Shown here: positions 10,092 to 19,529 of the stretch, in pieces
Position numbering within the stretch: the first letter of the stretch is position 1
How the letters are laid out: every line of letters starts with the position of its first letter
Source: Salinimicrobium sp.
GTDB taxonomy: Bacteria; Bacteroidota; Bacteroidia; Flavobacteriales; Flavobacteriaceae
DNA length: 54,175 nt
NCBI GenBank assembly: GCA_049687615.1
Contig: JBAVJE010000286.1
Coordinates: 1 to 54,175, forward strand
Direction: 5' to 3'
Notes under the pieces: model-generated
Seen by the model: the letters and a program-made list of their open reading frames with translations, nothing else
Databases searched by the model: none
Told to the model about the DNA's origin: nothing
Made by a program: the position numbers and the translations under genes

Positions 10092-11465
10092 TTAATAGTG
10101 GCATTTCATACACTCGATACCACCCATATCGGCAACGGTTAATTCTTCAACGCCATATTTCTTAGTCAACTCCTCATGAACTTTTTCGTAGTACTCGTTA
10201 CCCTCAGTTTTAACATTTGTGGTACGGTGACAGTTGATACACCATCCCATTGTAAGTGGTGCATTTTGATACATGATCTCCATTTCCTGAACCGGACCAT
10301 GACAGGTTTGACATTGAATTCCACCCACCGACACGTGTTGGGAGTGGTTAAAATAAGCAAAGTCTGGAAGGTTGTGGATCCTCACCCATTTCACAGGCTT
10401 GGTATCACCGGTATAGGCCTGTTCGGCTGTATCCCATCCAACCGCATCATAAAGTTTTGCGATCTCCCCGTCATAAAATTCTTTTGAATATTCCGCAGTA
10501 GCTGTCTCAGGCGCCACTTCACTTATCGATTTATGACAGTTCATACACACATTGAGAGAAGGAATTCCTGAAGTTTTTGAAACTCTTGCAGAACTGTGAC
10601 AGAATTTACAGTCTATCTGGTTGTCTCCGGCGTGAATTCTATGGGAATAATGAATTGGCTGAATTGGCTGATATCCCTGATCCACCCCCACTTGCATAAG
10701 CCAACCATAAACAAAGTAAGTTCCTACAAGAATCAACACTACAGAAGTAACGAGCACCAAAAACTGGTTTTCAACAAAGGCCTTCCAAATTGGTTTTCTT
10801 TTTGGCTGTTCAGGAAGCTCAACTCCACTGGCTTCAGCGAATCTTCTCAGGGTCTTGTTCACCAGGAAAAGCATTACCAGCAGCATCAAAAGAACAAAAG
10901 CAAGGACTCCAAGAACTATATCTGTGGAAATTCCTCCGCCATCTCCACCCTGAGGCGCGGCAGTCTCCCCTCCGGCAGCTTGTGCTTCCTGTGGCGCCTG
11001 CTTTGGCGCTCCTACATAGGCAAGAATGTTGTCAATATCCTCTGTACTCAATTGAGGGAAGGGAGGCATTGCAACCTGATTAAATTCATTATAAATCGCC
11101 ACTGCATGTTCATCACCTGAAGCAATAAGTTGCGAACTGTTACTTATCCAGCTGTGCAGCCATTCTGAATCTCTTCTGTCTGTTACTCCTCTTAAAGCCG
11201 GACCAATTGATTTGCTGTCAAGCTTGTGACATGCAGCACATAGGGTATTGAAGATTTCCTTCCCTTTGGCCGCGTCCCCTCCTGAAGGCTCTGCTTCTAC
11301 GTTGGACTCCTCGGCTCCCTGAACAGTTTCCTGGACAACGGGCTCACCTTCAGAAACAGGTGTATCGGGTTCCTGTGCGAAAACAAAAGCATTCAAGGAC
11401 AAAAACAACGAAGTACTCAGTAAAAAAAGTTGGGCGACTGAATGGCGGTTTTTCACCTTTTTCAT
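10092..11465 (-). CDS. actA: ACIII multiheme cytochrome c ActA (monoheme plus pentaheme domains)
   Basis: Six CxxCH motifs (CAACH; CKFCH, CMNCH, CQTCH, CINCH, CMKCH) with TM helices between the domains. ATG at 11465 (MKKVKN) preferred over the track start at 11513. Confidence 0.92.
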   Translation of the reverse strand: MKKVKNRHSVAQLFLLSTSLFLSLNAFVFAQEPDTPVSEGEPVVQETVQGAEESNVEAEPSGGDAAKGKEIFNTLCAACHKLDSKSIGPALRGVTDRRDSEWLHSWISNSSQLIASGDEHAVAIYNEFNQVAMPPFPQLSTEDIDNILAYVGAPKQAPQEAQAAGGETAAPQGGDGGGISTDIVLGVLAFVLLMLLVMLFLVNKTLRRFAEASGVELPEQPKRKPIWKAFVENQFLVLVTSVVLILVGTYFVYGWLMQVGVDQGYQPIQPIHYSHRIHAGDNQIDCKFCHSSARVSKTSGIPSLNVCMNCHKSISEVAPETATAEYSKEFYDGEIAKLYDAVGWDTAEQAYTGDTKPVKWVRIHNLPDFAYFNHSQHVSVGGIQCQTCHGPVQEMEIMYQNAPLTMGWCINCHRTTNVKTEGNEYYEKVHEELTKKYGVEELTVADMGGIECMKCHY

Positions 11466-11517
11466 ATTACAAGTTGAAATTAACGTCTTTTGGTACAGTT
11501 TTTTTAGTGTCAATCAT

Positions 11518-11531
11518 ATGATATTAGTCAT
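11518..11531. promoter_or_regulatory. FNR/CRP-like palindrome in the 5' leader of the ACIII-aa3 operon (candidate repressor site)
   Basis: ATGATATTAGTCAT within ATATGA-N6-TCATAT, 26 nt downstream of the minus-strand -7 element at 11558-11565. Confidence 0.6.
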
Positions 11532-11557
11532 ATTTTGGTCACCAGAAATTTTACGGA

Positions 11558-11565
11558 CAAAAGTA
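11558..11565 (-). promoter_or_regulatory. Bacteroidota -7 promoter element for the actA-F/ctaCD operon
   Basis: TACTTTTG on the minus strand matches TAnnTTTG. Confidence 0.65.
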
Positions 11566-11599
11566 ATATTAAAGTTCGATTCTAATGAAAGGTTGGTTA

Positions 11600-11618
11600 A
11601 TTTATAATTGTTCTAAAT
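11600..11618. promoter_or_regulatory. Putative Fur-family box between the divergent actA and SPOR-gene promoters
   Basis: ATTTATAATTGTTCTAAAT matches 17/19 positions of ATTTAGAATTATTCTAAAT, recalled as a flavobacterial Fur box. The region is AT-rich, so chance is possible. Confidence 0.5.
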
Positions 11619-11680
11619 AAAGTCAAAACCCCTGATTAAGCTTTTAAGTTATACTTTTGTAATTCAGAAAACTATATCAT

Positions 11681-12067
11681 ATGCTAAGAAATAGAAACAT
11701 CATTGCTGCCGGCATTTTTATACTGGGCTTAAGCAGCCTCGGAATGGCACAGGAGGGTAGAGTAAATATCCAGCAAGACGAGAAAATTCCCGAGTTGCTT
11801 AAGAAAAAAACTGAAATGGTTCAGGATGGAATCATTGGAGACCGGTATAGAATTCAGCTTTTTTCGGGTGATAACAATCAAGCCAGCAAGGTCATCAAAG
11901 AGTACCGAAACCTTTATCCACAATGGACTTCAACCATAGTTTATGAAACACCTAATTATAAGGTATGGGTAGGCAACTTCAGGAACAGCCTTGAAGCCGA
12001 TCAAGCCCTATTGGAAATAAAAGAGACCTTCCCCGCCGCCTTCAGATTCAGGCCGGAAAAGAAATAA
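11681..12067 (+). CDS. Exported SPOR-domain (peptidoglycan-binding) protein
   Basis: Signal peptide; YRIQLFSG and PNYKVWVGNF SPOR pattern; -7 element TACTTTTG at 11652-11659. Confidence 0.8.
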   Translation: MLRNRNIIAAGIFILGLSSLGMAQEGRVNIQQDEKIPELLKKKTEMVQDGIIGDRYRIQLFSGDNNQASKVIKEYRNLYPQWTSTIVYETPNYKVWVGNFRNSLEADQALLEIKETFPAAFRFRPEKK

Positions 12068-12081
12068 CCGAGAACATTACA

Positions 12082-12118
12082 AATAAAAAAGGGACGTTAA
12101 AACGTCCCTTTTTTTATT
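12082..12118. terminator. Bidirectional intrinsic terminator between the SPOR gene and infB
   Basis: AAAAAAGGGACGTT-AA-AACGTCCCTTTTTTT hairpin with A and T tracts on both sides, between convergent genes. Confidence 0.9.
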
Positions 12119-12138
12119 ACCTATATAATAAGGTATCA

Positions 12139-14961
12139 CTATTTCAGTTTCTTTTTGACTGCAACTTCCTGGAAGGCTTCGATTACATCGCCCTCCTTAA
12201 TGTCGTTATAGTTCTTAACCTGTAGACCACAGTCGTAACCTTTGGAAACTTCTTTAACATCGTCCTTGAAACGTTTAAGAGAAGACAGTTCTCCCGTATA
12301 CACAACCACTCCATCGCGGATGAGTCGAATCTTAGAATTTCTGTAGATTTTTCCATCTGTTACCATACATCCGGCAATACTTCCCACTTTAGATACTTTG
12401 AAAATCTCTCTGATCTCGGCATTTCCAGTAATCTCTTCCTTCATCACAGGAGAAAGCATTCCTTCCATCGCATCTTTCAGATCATTGATCGCATCATAAA
12501 TAATGGAGTAAGTCCTGATGTCAATTTCTTCTTTTTCGGCTACCGATCGTGCATTTCCTGCAGGTCGTACGTTAAATCCAATTATAATCGCGTCTGAAGC
12601 CGATGCCAGTAATACATCACTTTCGGTAATCGCACCCACACCTTTGTGAATGATATTCACCTGTATCTCTTCGGTTGATAATTTCTGGAAAGAATCTGTA
12701 AGTGCTTCCACAGAACCATCCACGTCACCTTTAAGGATGATGTTAAGCTCTTTAAAGTCTCCAAGTGCAATTCTTCGTCCAATCTCATCAAGAGTAATGT
12801 GACGCTGAGTTCTTACAGACTGCTCTCTTTGCAACTGAGTTCGTTTGGCAGCAATATCCTTAGCTTCTCTCTCATCTCCCATCACCTTAAACTTGTCACC
12901 AGCCTGCGGTGCGCCATCAAGTCCAAGAATAGAAACCGGAGTAGAGGGCCCTGCTTCTTTCACGTCATTTCCACGCTCATCCTGCATGGCCTTCACTTTA
13001 CCACTGTGTCTTCCTGCAAGTACATAATCCCCTATTTTCAAGGTTCCCGACTGAACAAGAATAGTAGAAACATAACCTCGACCTTTATCAAGATAAGCTT
13101 CAACCACAGTACCATTTGCCGGCTTGTTAGGATTAGCCTTCAATTCAAGAATTTCAGCCTCCAAAAGCACTTTTTCAAGTAGCTCTTTGACGTTCAATCC
13201 CGTTTTTGCAGAAATATCTTCAGATTGAATTTTACCTCCCCAGTCTTCCACTAATAGGTTCATTCCTGCAAGCTTCTCTTTAATCTTTTCAGGATTTGCT
13301 GTGGGAAGATCAGATTTGTTGATTGCGAATATGATTGGCACTCCCGCAGCTTGTGCGTGAGAGATCGCTTCTTTGGTTTGCGGCATCACATCATCATCGG
13401 CTGCAATAACAATAATTGCAAGGTCGGTTACCTGGGCACCTCTGGCACGCATCGCCGTAAAGGCCTCGTGACCCGGGGTATCCAAAAATGTAATTTTTTG
13501 TCCACTTTCCAGTCGCACTCCATACGCACCAATGTGCTGCGTAATTCCACCGCTTTCTCCTGCAATTACGTTTTCCTTACGAATGTAATCCAGCAGGGAA
13601 GTCTTCCCGTGGTCAACGTGACCCATTACGGTCACTATTGGTGCTCTATCCTCAAGATCCTCCGGATTTTCAGGAACTTCTTCTTTTGTTTCTTCCAGGT
13701 CGGCAGTTACAAATTCCACCTCATAGTCAAATTCTTCTGCAACTATAGAAAGGGTTTCTGCATCAAGACGCTGGTTCATAGTAACCATCATTCCCAAAGA
13801 CATACAGGCCGAGATAATCTTGGTCACCGGCACGTCCATCATGGTAGCAACCTCACTCACGGTAACGAATTCTGTTACCTTTAATACCTTATTGCTTTCT
13901 TCCTGCTGCGCCTCTTCAGTTCTCTGGCGGTGAGTATCTCTTTTGTTTCTTCGGTATTTGGCACCTCGACCTTTACTTGATTTACCCTGAAGTTTTTCAA
14001 GGGTCTCACGCACCTGCTTTTGTACTTCTTCTTCACTAGGCTCTTCCTTGGTAACCGGTCGGGTACGTTGTTTCCCCCTGGCTTTTGCACCCCCCGTATT
14101 TGCACCGGCTGAACCACCTTTTACATCTTTGCTTATTCTGCGACGACGCTTCTTGCGTTTGTCTTTATCTTCATCAGCTTTCTTTTCCTCTTTCTTCTTA
14201 ACAGGTTTTTTGAATTGAGAAAGATCAATCTTCTCTCCTGTAAAATTAGGACCACTAAGCTTTTTGTAATTTGTCTTAACCGTAGAATCTCCTTCGGCAG
14301 AAGTAGCGCTTTCTTCTTTAGAGGTTACCTCTTTCGCAGGCTCTTTTTTAGAGGGTTCAGATTTTGGCTCTTCTTTCTTTTCTTCTTTCTTCACTTCCTT
14401 TTTCTCTTCGGAAGCAGGCTTTGAAGCAGGAGCTTTTTTGTCCTCCTCATTTTTCGGATTTTCAGAAAGTTCCTTTTCTTCCGGCTTTTTCTCTACCTCC
14501 TTAGGGGCTTCTGCAACTTTTTTCTCTTGCTTTGGAGCTTCTGCCTGTGGCTGTTCAGGCTCTTTTTTCTCTTCGGCTTTGGATTCTGGAGCTTCTGCTT
14601 TTCCTTTGTTATCGAGGTCTATTTTACCAACCTGTTTTGGGCCTTCCAGGGTGCTTTTAGCTCTGATAACCTCTTCCTTCTCCGTTTGTTTACGTTTTTC
14701 CTCCAGTTCTTTTTCCCTGGCCAAACGAATTTCCTCCTTCTCTTTTCGCTTCTCTTCACCAACTTCTTTCGAAGCTACCTTTTTGCTTTTATCGGTTTGA
14801 AATTCATCAAAAAGCACTTGGTATACCTCTCCGGAAATTTTGGTAGTAGGACGCGCCTCGATCTCGTGGCCCTGGGAATTCAGATATTCCACAGCACGAT
14901 CCAGCGAGATGTTAAATTCGCGTAATACTTTATTTAATCGCATTGTTTTTGCTTCAGCCAT
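12139..14961 (-). CDS. infB: Translation initiation factor IF-2
   Basis: [16 protein letters not shown] and NKSD G-domain motifs; Lys/Glu-rich N-terminus; downstream of nusA. Confidence 0.99.
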   Translation of the reverse strand: MAEAKTMRLNKVLREFNISLDRAVEYLNSQGHEIEARPTTKISGEVYQVLFDEFQTDKSKKVASKEVGEEKRKEKEEIRLAREKELEEKRKQTEKEEVIRAKSTLEGPKQVGKIDLDNKGKAEAPESKAEEKKEPEQPQAEAPKQEKKVAEAPKEVEKKPEEKELSENPKNEEDKKAPASKPASEEKKEVKKEEKKEEPKSEPSKKEPAKEVTSKEESATSAEGDSTVKTNYKKLSGPNFTGEKIDLSQFKKPVKKKEEKKADEDKDKRKKRRRRISKDVKGGSAGANTGGAKARGKQRTRPVTKEEPSEEEVQKQVRETLEKLQGKSSKGRGAKYRRNKRDTHRQRTEEAQQEESNKVLKVTEFVTVSEVATMMDVPVTKIISACMSLGMMVTMNQRLDAETLSIVAEEFDYEVEFVTADLEETKEEVPENPEDLEDRAPIVTVMGHVDHGKTSLLDYIRKENVIAGESGGITQHIGAYGVRLESGQKITFLDTPGHEAFTAMRARGAQVTDLAIIVIAADDDVMPQTKEAISHAQAAGVPIIFAINKSDLPTANPEKIKEKLAGMNLLVEDWGGKIQSEDISAKTGLNVKELLEKVLLEAEILELKANPNKPANGTVVEAYLDKGRGYVSTILVQSGTLKIGDYVLAGRHSGKVKAMQDERGNDVKEAGPSTPVSILGLDGAPQAGDKFKVMGDEREAKDIAAKRTQLQREQSVRTQRHITLDEIGRRIALGDFKELNIILKGDVDGSVEALTDSFQKLSTEEIQVNIIHKGVGAITESDVLLASASDAIIIGFNVRPAGNARSVAEKEEIDIRTYSIIYDAINDLKDAMEGMLSPVMKEEITGNAEIREIFKVSKVGSIAGCMVTDGKIYRNSKIRLIRDGVVVYTGELSSLKRFKDDVKEVSKGYDCGLQVKNYNDIKEGDVIEAFQEVAVKKKLK

Positions 14962-14995
14962 AAATTGCCCTCTAAATTATCCTCTTTTATTCTAC

Positions 14996-16237
14996 TTACT
15001 TATTCTCTTCTTCAAATTCCTCTCTCAGAACCTTGATCACCTCACGAATTGTTTCTTCTTCAAGGTCGGTTCTCCTCACAAGATCATCAACGTCCTGCTC
15101 CAGGATACTTTTTGCAGTATCGAGACCTATTTTGGCGAATTCTTCAATCACCCAGTCTTCAATCTCATCTGCAAATTCTCTTAATTCTACGTCTTCTTCT
15201 ACACCTTCTCTATAGACGTCTATTTCATAACCCGTCAATTGTCCTGCCAATCTTATATTATGCCCTCCACGACCTATCGCTTTTGACACTTCTTCAGGTT
15301 TAAGCATTACTTCTGCACGCTTATTTTCTTCATCTAACTTTAAAGAGGTCACTTTTGCAGGACTTAATGCTCTGGTGATCAACAACTGAATATTTGTCGT
15401 ATAGTTGATCACATCAATATTTTCATTTCCCAGTTCACGTACGATGCTGTGAATTCTTGATCCTTTCATACCCACACAGGCTCCAACGGGATCAATACGA
15501 TCATCATAGGAATCTACTGCCACTTTTGCTTTTTCACCAGGAATCCTCACTACTTTCTTCACCGTGATAAGCCCGTCAAAAACTTCAGGAATTTCCTGCT
15601 CAAACAATTTCTCCAGGAACACAGGTGATGTTCTGGACATAATTATTGCAGGCTTATTTCCTTTTAGCTCAACGCTCTCAATAATCCCTCTTACGTTTTC
15701 CCCTTTTCGGAAGAAATCTGATGGAATTTGTCGGTCTTTTGGAAGAATAATTTCATTCCCCTCATCGTCAAGCAAAATAATCGCCCTATGGCGAATGTGA
15801 TGAACCTCGGCAGCATAAATCTCGCCTTCGAGCTCCTTAAATTGCTTGTAAATATTGGTATTATCGTGCTCGTGGATCTTAGAGATTAAATTTTGACGCA
15901 AGGCCAGAATAGAACGGCGTCCAAGATCAATAAGCTTAACTTCTTCAGAAACATCTTCCCCAACTTCAAAGTCAGGTTCAATCAATCTTGCTTCAGACAA
16001 AGAGATCTCCTGGTTAGGATCTTCCACTTCTCCATCGGCGACCACAACTCTGTTTCTCCAAATCTCAAGGTCACCCTTGTCAGGGTTTACAATAATATCA
16101 AAGTTATCGTCTTCCCCGTACTTCTTTTTCAGTGCACTCCTGAATACCTCTTCCAGAATCGCCATTAAAGTGACACGATCAATAAGCTTGTCATCTTTAA
16201 ATTCTGAAAACGATTCTATCAACGCGATATTTTCCAT
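14996..16237 (-). CDS. nusA: Transcription termination/antitermination factor NusA
   Basis: S1 and KH domains (DPVGACVGMKGSRI, AIGRGGHNIRLA); rimP-nusA-infB synteny. Confidence 0.99.
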   Translation of the reverse strand: MENIALIESFSEFKDDKLIDRVTLMAILEEVFRSALKKKYGEDDNFDIIVNPDKGDLEIWRNRVVVADGEVEDPNQEISLSEARLIEPDFEVGEDVSEEVKLIDLGRRSILALRQNLISKIHEHDNTNIYKQFKELEGEIYAAEVHHIRHRAIILLDDEGNEIILPKDRQIPSDFFRKGENVRGIIESVELKGNKPAIIMSRTSPVFLEKLFEQEIPEVFDGLITVKKVVRIPGEKAKVAVDSYDDRIDPVGACVGMKGSRIHSIVRELGNENIDVINYTTNIQLLITRALSPAKVTSLKLDEENKRAEVMLKPEEVSKAIGRGGHNIRLAGQLTGYEIDVYREGVEEDVELREFADEIEDWVIEEFAKIGLDTAKSILEQDVDDLVRRTDLEEETIREVIKVLREEFEEENK

Positions 16238-16249
16238 ATCAATTGTCTG

Positions 16250-16711
16250 TTAAAATGTTATTATCACTTTTGCCTCTTTTATATCCTTAAAAGGCAATAC
16301 AGCTTCTTTTGCTACAGTAACTTTCCCTTTTCCAACCGGTTTGGGCTCCCGGGCTTTCCACTCCAGCTTAACACCTTCATCATCTACACTTACCAGCTGG
16401 CCTTCATATTTCTCTTCGGAAGTGGTTACCGCCAATTTTCTTCCAATATTTTTTCGGTATTGTCTTGGCATAGCCAATGGGGTAGACACTCCAACCGAAG
16501 CAACATCAAGCGAGAAATCCTCTTCCTCACGGTCAAGATTATGCTCGATTTTACGGCTCACGTTAATGCAGTCATTAACCGTGACTCCATTGTCACCATC
16601 AATCACCACCGCTATATGGTTGGCATCGTCGACTTTAAGTTCAATTAAAAATAACGAATTATTTTCTTCGAAAGCCTCCTGTAGTAATTTTTCTACTTTC
16701 TCTGTAAGCAT
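16250..16711 (-). CDS. rimP: Ribosome maturation factor RimP
   Basis: DCINVSRKIE and FSLDVAS..G...PL motifs; first gene of the nusA operon. Confidence 0.95.
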   Translation of the reverse strand: MLTEKVEKLLQEAFEENNSLFLIELKVDDANHIAVVIDGDNGVTVNDCINVSRKIEHNLDREEEDFSLDVASVGVSTPLAMPRQYRKNIGRKLAVTTSEEKYEGQLVSVDDEGVKLEWKAREPKPVGKGKVTVAKEAVLPFKDIKEAKVIITF

Positions 16712-16727
16712 CCCCGATTCTGACTAT

Positions 16728-16753
16728 AAAAAGAGGGGACTTTCCGTCCCCTC
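16728..16753 (-). promoter_or_regulatory. rimP leader terminator/attenuator hairpin
   Basis: Minus strand GAGGGGAC-GGAAA-GTCCCCTC followed by TTTTT, between the -7 element TATATTTG (16780-16787) and the rimP ATG. Confidence 0.75.
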
Positions 16754-16879
16754 GTTGTTCTTTTTTCGCTTCAACGGTGCAAATATAGTAATATTTTTAC
16801 AGAACGAAAACAAGAATTTGAATGAAAAAATATTCGTAGCTTTATAACTATATCAACCTTACTTAATTACAACGCTCCT

Positions 16880-17740
16880 ATGAAAAAAATTCTTGTGCCA
16901 ACCGACTTTTCGGAAAAGGCTGAAAATGCCCTTAAAGTAGCCGCGCAACTGGCCCGAAAATTTGAAGCTGAGATCTACCTGCTCCATATGCTGGAATTAC
17001 CTATGAATATGGTGAATCCTGTTGGCACCACCAGTCGAAGCGACCTTCCCGAAGCTTTATTTTTTATGAAGCTGGCTAAAAAGCGTTTTGGTGAAATCCT
17101 TTCACAACCATTTTTAGAAGGAATAAAGGTACATGAGACTGTTGAGTTCCACCAGGCATTTGAAGGTATTATGGAAACCAGCAAAGAGTACGGTTGTGAC
17201 TTCATCGTAATGGGATCGAAGGGAGCCAGCGGCCTGAAGGAAATGTTCATAGGATCTAATACCGAGAAGGTGGTTAGAACTTCGGAGATCCCGGTTCTCG
17301 TTATCAAGAACGATCATCCTAACTTTAGTGTCAAAAACCTTGTTTTTGCAACCAATCTTGACAATCACAATAAGAGAACCTTAAAGAAGGTCGTAGCCTT
17401 TGCCAAACTAATGAATGCAAAAATTCATCTGGTTTATATCAACACCGCCAACGAATTTATCACCTCAGAAGAGACCGAAAGATATCTTGACAAGTTTCTG
17501 GAAGGCAATGATTCTGACAACTATGAGTTCCACATATACAATGATGACACGGTTGAACAGGGAATCCTGCATTTTGCCGCGAAAATAAAGGCAGATGTCG
17601 TGGGAATTGCCACCCACGGCCGAAAAGGACTTTCAAATTTCTTCAACGGCAGTATAAGCGAGGACCTTGTAAATCATGCTAACACTCCTGTTCTTACCTT
17701 TAAACTTGAAAAACCTGAAGCAGGTAAAATTTTCCCTTAG
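16880..17740 (+). CDS. Universal stress protein (tandem USP domains)
   Basis: KKILVPTDFS, IVMGSKG and GSNTEKVVR motifs; second domain with GSISEDLVNH. Confidence 0.93.
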   Translation: MKKILVPTDFSEKAENALKVAAQLARKFEAEIYLLHMLELPMNMVNPVGTTSRSDLPEALFFMKLAKKRFGEILSQPFLEGIKVHETVEFHQAFEGIMETSKEYGCDFIVMGSKGASGLKEMFIGSNTEKVVRTSEIPVLVIKNDHPNFSVKNLVFATNLDNHNKRTLKKVVAFAKLMNAKIHLVYINTANEFITSEETERYLDKFLEGNDSDNYEFHIYNDDTVEQGILHFAAKIKADVVGIATHGRKGLSNFFNGSISEDLVNHANTPVLTFKLEKPEAGKIFP

Positions 17741-17812
17741 GATTTTTTAAGCCTTTGACGCTGTCTTAGTTAAAATTTAGACAAAGCCAAACATGGCTGT
17801 TGAATTTCAAAC

Positions 17813-18064
17813 ATGACCACTGTATCTTTAGCCATATCAAATTTGATCCCGGTGCTGAAATTTAGTTTTCAATTGGCATTTATGACCATCGAAGTTATTC
17901 TTACCTTCTACAGTGATGTATTGGAGGATAGCCTGATGATCAAATTCCTGTTCTTTGTAATAAGCGCTGTACTTATTGCTATGGCAGTAACTAAACTCGC
18001 CAGTAACATTCTGCCGGAGGATAAAGATTTTGTTTCAGCTGAGGAGGAAGCAGGAAACGATTAG
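17813..18064 (+). CDS. Small hypothetical membrane protein (start uncertain)
   Basis: Hydrophobic segments and an acidic tail; no recognised family. Confidence 0.4.
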   Translation: MTTVSLAISNLIPVLKFSFQLAFMTIEVILTFYSDVLEDSLMIKFLFFVISAVLIAMAVTKLASNILPEDKDFVSAEEEAGND

Positions 18065-18287
18065 CACTGTGGCCACCCCTGGAGGAGCAGGTGAAGAGAA
18101 GAAAAACACCTCAGGCTTAGCAGTACACCAAAGAATCTTATGAAGTTTTTCAAAGATTCTTTCGTTACTGCATCCAAAAATAGGCTTTTTAGCCAATAAT
18201 TAGAAGAAAGCCCAGTTCTCCTAAAAATGCTTAAATTTGTCCTCGTTTGAAAATTTCCGGGGAGATCCGGGCGAGCAAATCACATTT

Positions 18288-19529
18288 ATGTTTAAAAAAG
18301 AGGGTAACGTTTTTAACGTGCTTTTTGAGGCAGCTTCCGAAGGTATTCTTGTAGTAAACGAATCTCAGCATATTGTTAGCAGCAATGCCGCTGCCGATGA
18401 AATGTTTGGCTATAAAACAGGAGAACTTGAGGGTAAGCCGCTCAATACACTCATTCCCAGCCGCTATAGAGCTGCCCACCCGTCCCATTTTAGAGAATTC
18501 CTGAATCATAGCGAAAAAAGATCAATGGGTCACGGGCGTGATCTTTATGGAGTAAAAAAGGACGGAGAGGAATTTCCGGTTGAAGCGGGGCTTAACCCTT
18601 TCAAGCTGGGAGAGGAGCACTTTGTTATGTCACTCATAATTGATATTTCGGTTAGAAAAGAGGCGCAACGGCAAATAAAAGAACTCAACAGTCAGCTTGA
18701 AAAAAAGATCAAGATCCGTACCCACGAGCTGGAGGAGAATGTTGAAAAACTTAAAGATGCCAATCGCACTCTTGAGCAGGAAATAAAACGCCGGAAAGAA
18801 GCAGAAAATCGTATTAAGACTGCGCTTCAAAAGGAAAAAGAGCTTAATGAATTAAAGACAAAATTTCTGTCGCTGGTTTCCCACGAGTTCAAAACACCCC
18901 TAAGCGGAATATTGACCTCTGTTGTTCTGGCAGGCAAGTATAAACTCCAGGAGCAGCAAGATAAAAGAGAGAAACACCTCAATACCATTAAAAATAAGGT
19001 GCATTATCTCGACAACATTCTTAATGACTTCCTGTCTATTGAACGCCTAGAAAGTGGTAAGGTGAGCTACAAATTCTCGACCTTTAGCCTGAGTAAACTG
19101 GTAAACGAAGTGGTATATAACGCTAATGTCACCCTAAAAAGTGGACAGGAGATAAGGTACCCGCGCAATATTGAAAACATCAACCTGCATCAGGATGAAA
19201 AAATACTGGAGCTGGTACTTTCTAATCTTTTAAGCAATGCCATCAAGTACTCCCCAGAGAATACGCTTATAAATTTTGAGATCGAAATAGAGGGCGAAAA
19301 AATAATATTTAAGGTGATCGATCAGGGAATGGGAATTCCAATGAAGGATCAAAAACACATTTTTGAGAGGTATTTTAGGGCAGAAAATGCCCTATTGAAC
19401 CAGGGAACCGGTATAGGTCTTAATATCGCGAAGGTGCACCTTGAAAACCTCGGCGGAAATATTTCCTTTGACAGCAAGGAAAACCAAGGAACAAAATTTA
19501 TTGTAGAACTACCTATTATTAAGGAATGA
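18288..19529 (+). CDS. Cytoplasmic PAS-domain sensor histidine kinase, FixL-like (putative heme-PAS)
   Basis: PAS segment LIPSRYRAAHPSH...EKRSMGHGRDLYG.KKDG..FP; H-box SHEFKTPL; NAIKYS, DQGMGIP and GTGIGL ATPase boxes; no TM. ATG 18288 preferred because the track start overlaps the -7 element TAAATTTG at 18232-18239. Confidence 0.9.
   Translation: MFKKEGNVFNVLFEAASEGILVVNESQHIVSSNAAADEMFGYKTGELEGKPLNTLIPSRYRAAHPSHFREFLNHSEKRSMGHGRDLYGVKKDGEEFPVEAGLNPFKLGEEHFVMSLIIDISVRKEAQRQIKELNSQLEKKIKIRTHELEENVEKLKDANRTLEQEIKRRKEAENRIKTALQKEKELNELKTKFLSLVSHEFKTPLSGILTSVVLAGKYKLQEQQDKREKHLNTIKNKVHYLDNILNDFLSIERLESGKVSYKFSTFSLSKLVNEVVYNANVTLKSGQEIRYPRNIENINLHQDEKILELVLSNLLSNAIKYSPENTLINFEIEIEGEKIIFKVIDQGMGIPMKDQKHIFERYFRAENALLNQGTGIGLNIAKVHLENLGGNISFDSKENQGTKFIVELPIIKE

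Noticed and set aside
14215..15303. Several 70-130 aa Phe/Ser-rich plus-strand ORFs
   Set aside because: Antisense shadows of the Lys/Glu-rich IF-2 N-terminus and nusA. The same applies to the other short ORFs nested inside confident genes.
18131..18162. ATGA-N6-TCAA upstream of the kinase as an autoregulatory box
   Set aside because: It is part of a larger hairpin (AAGAATCTT...AAGATTCTT), about 78 nt from the -7 element, and does not fit the 22-nt rule.
18230..18245. 16-mer CTTAAATTTGTCCTCG also present at 37202-37217
   Set aside because: Largely explained by the shared -7 promoter consensus; too short to call a repeat element.
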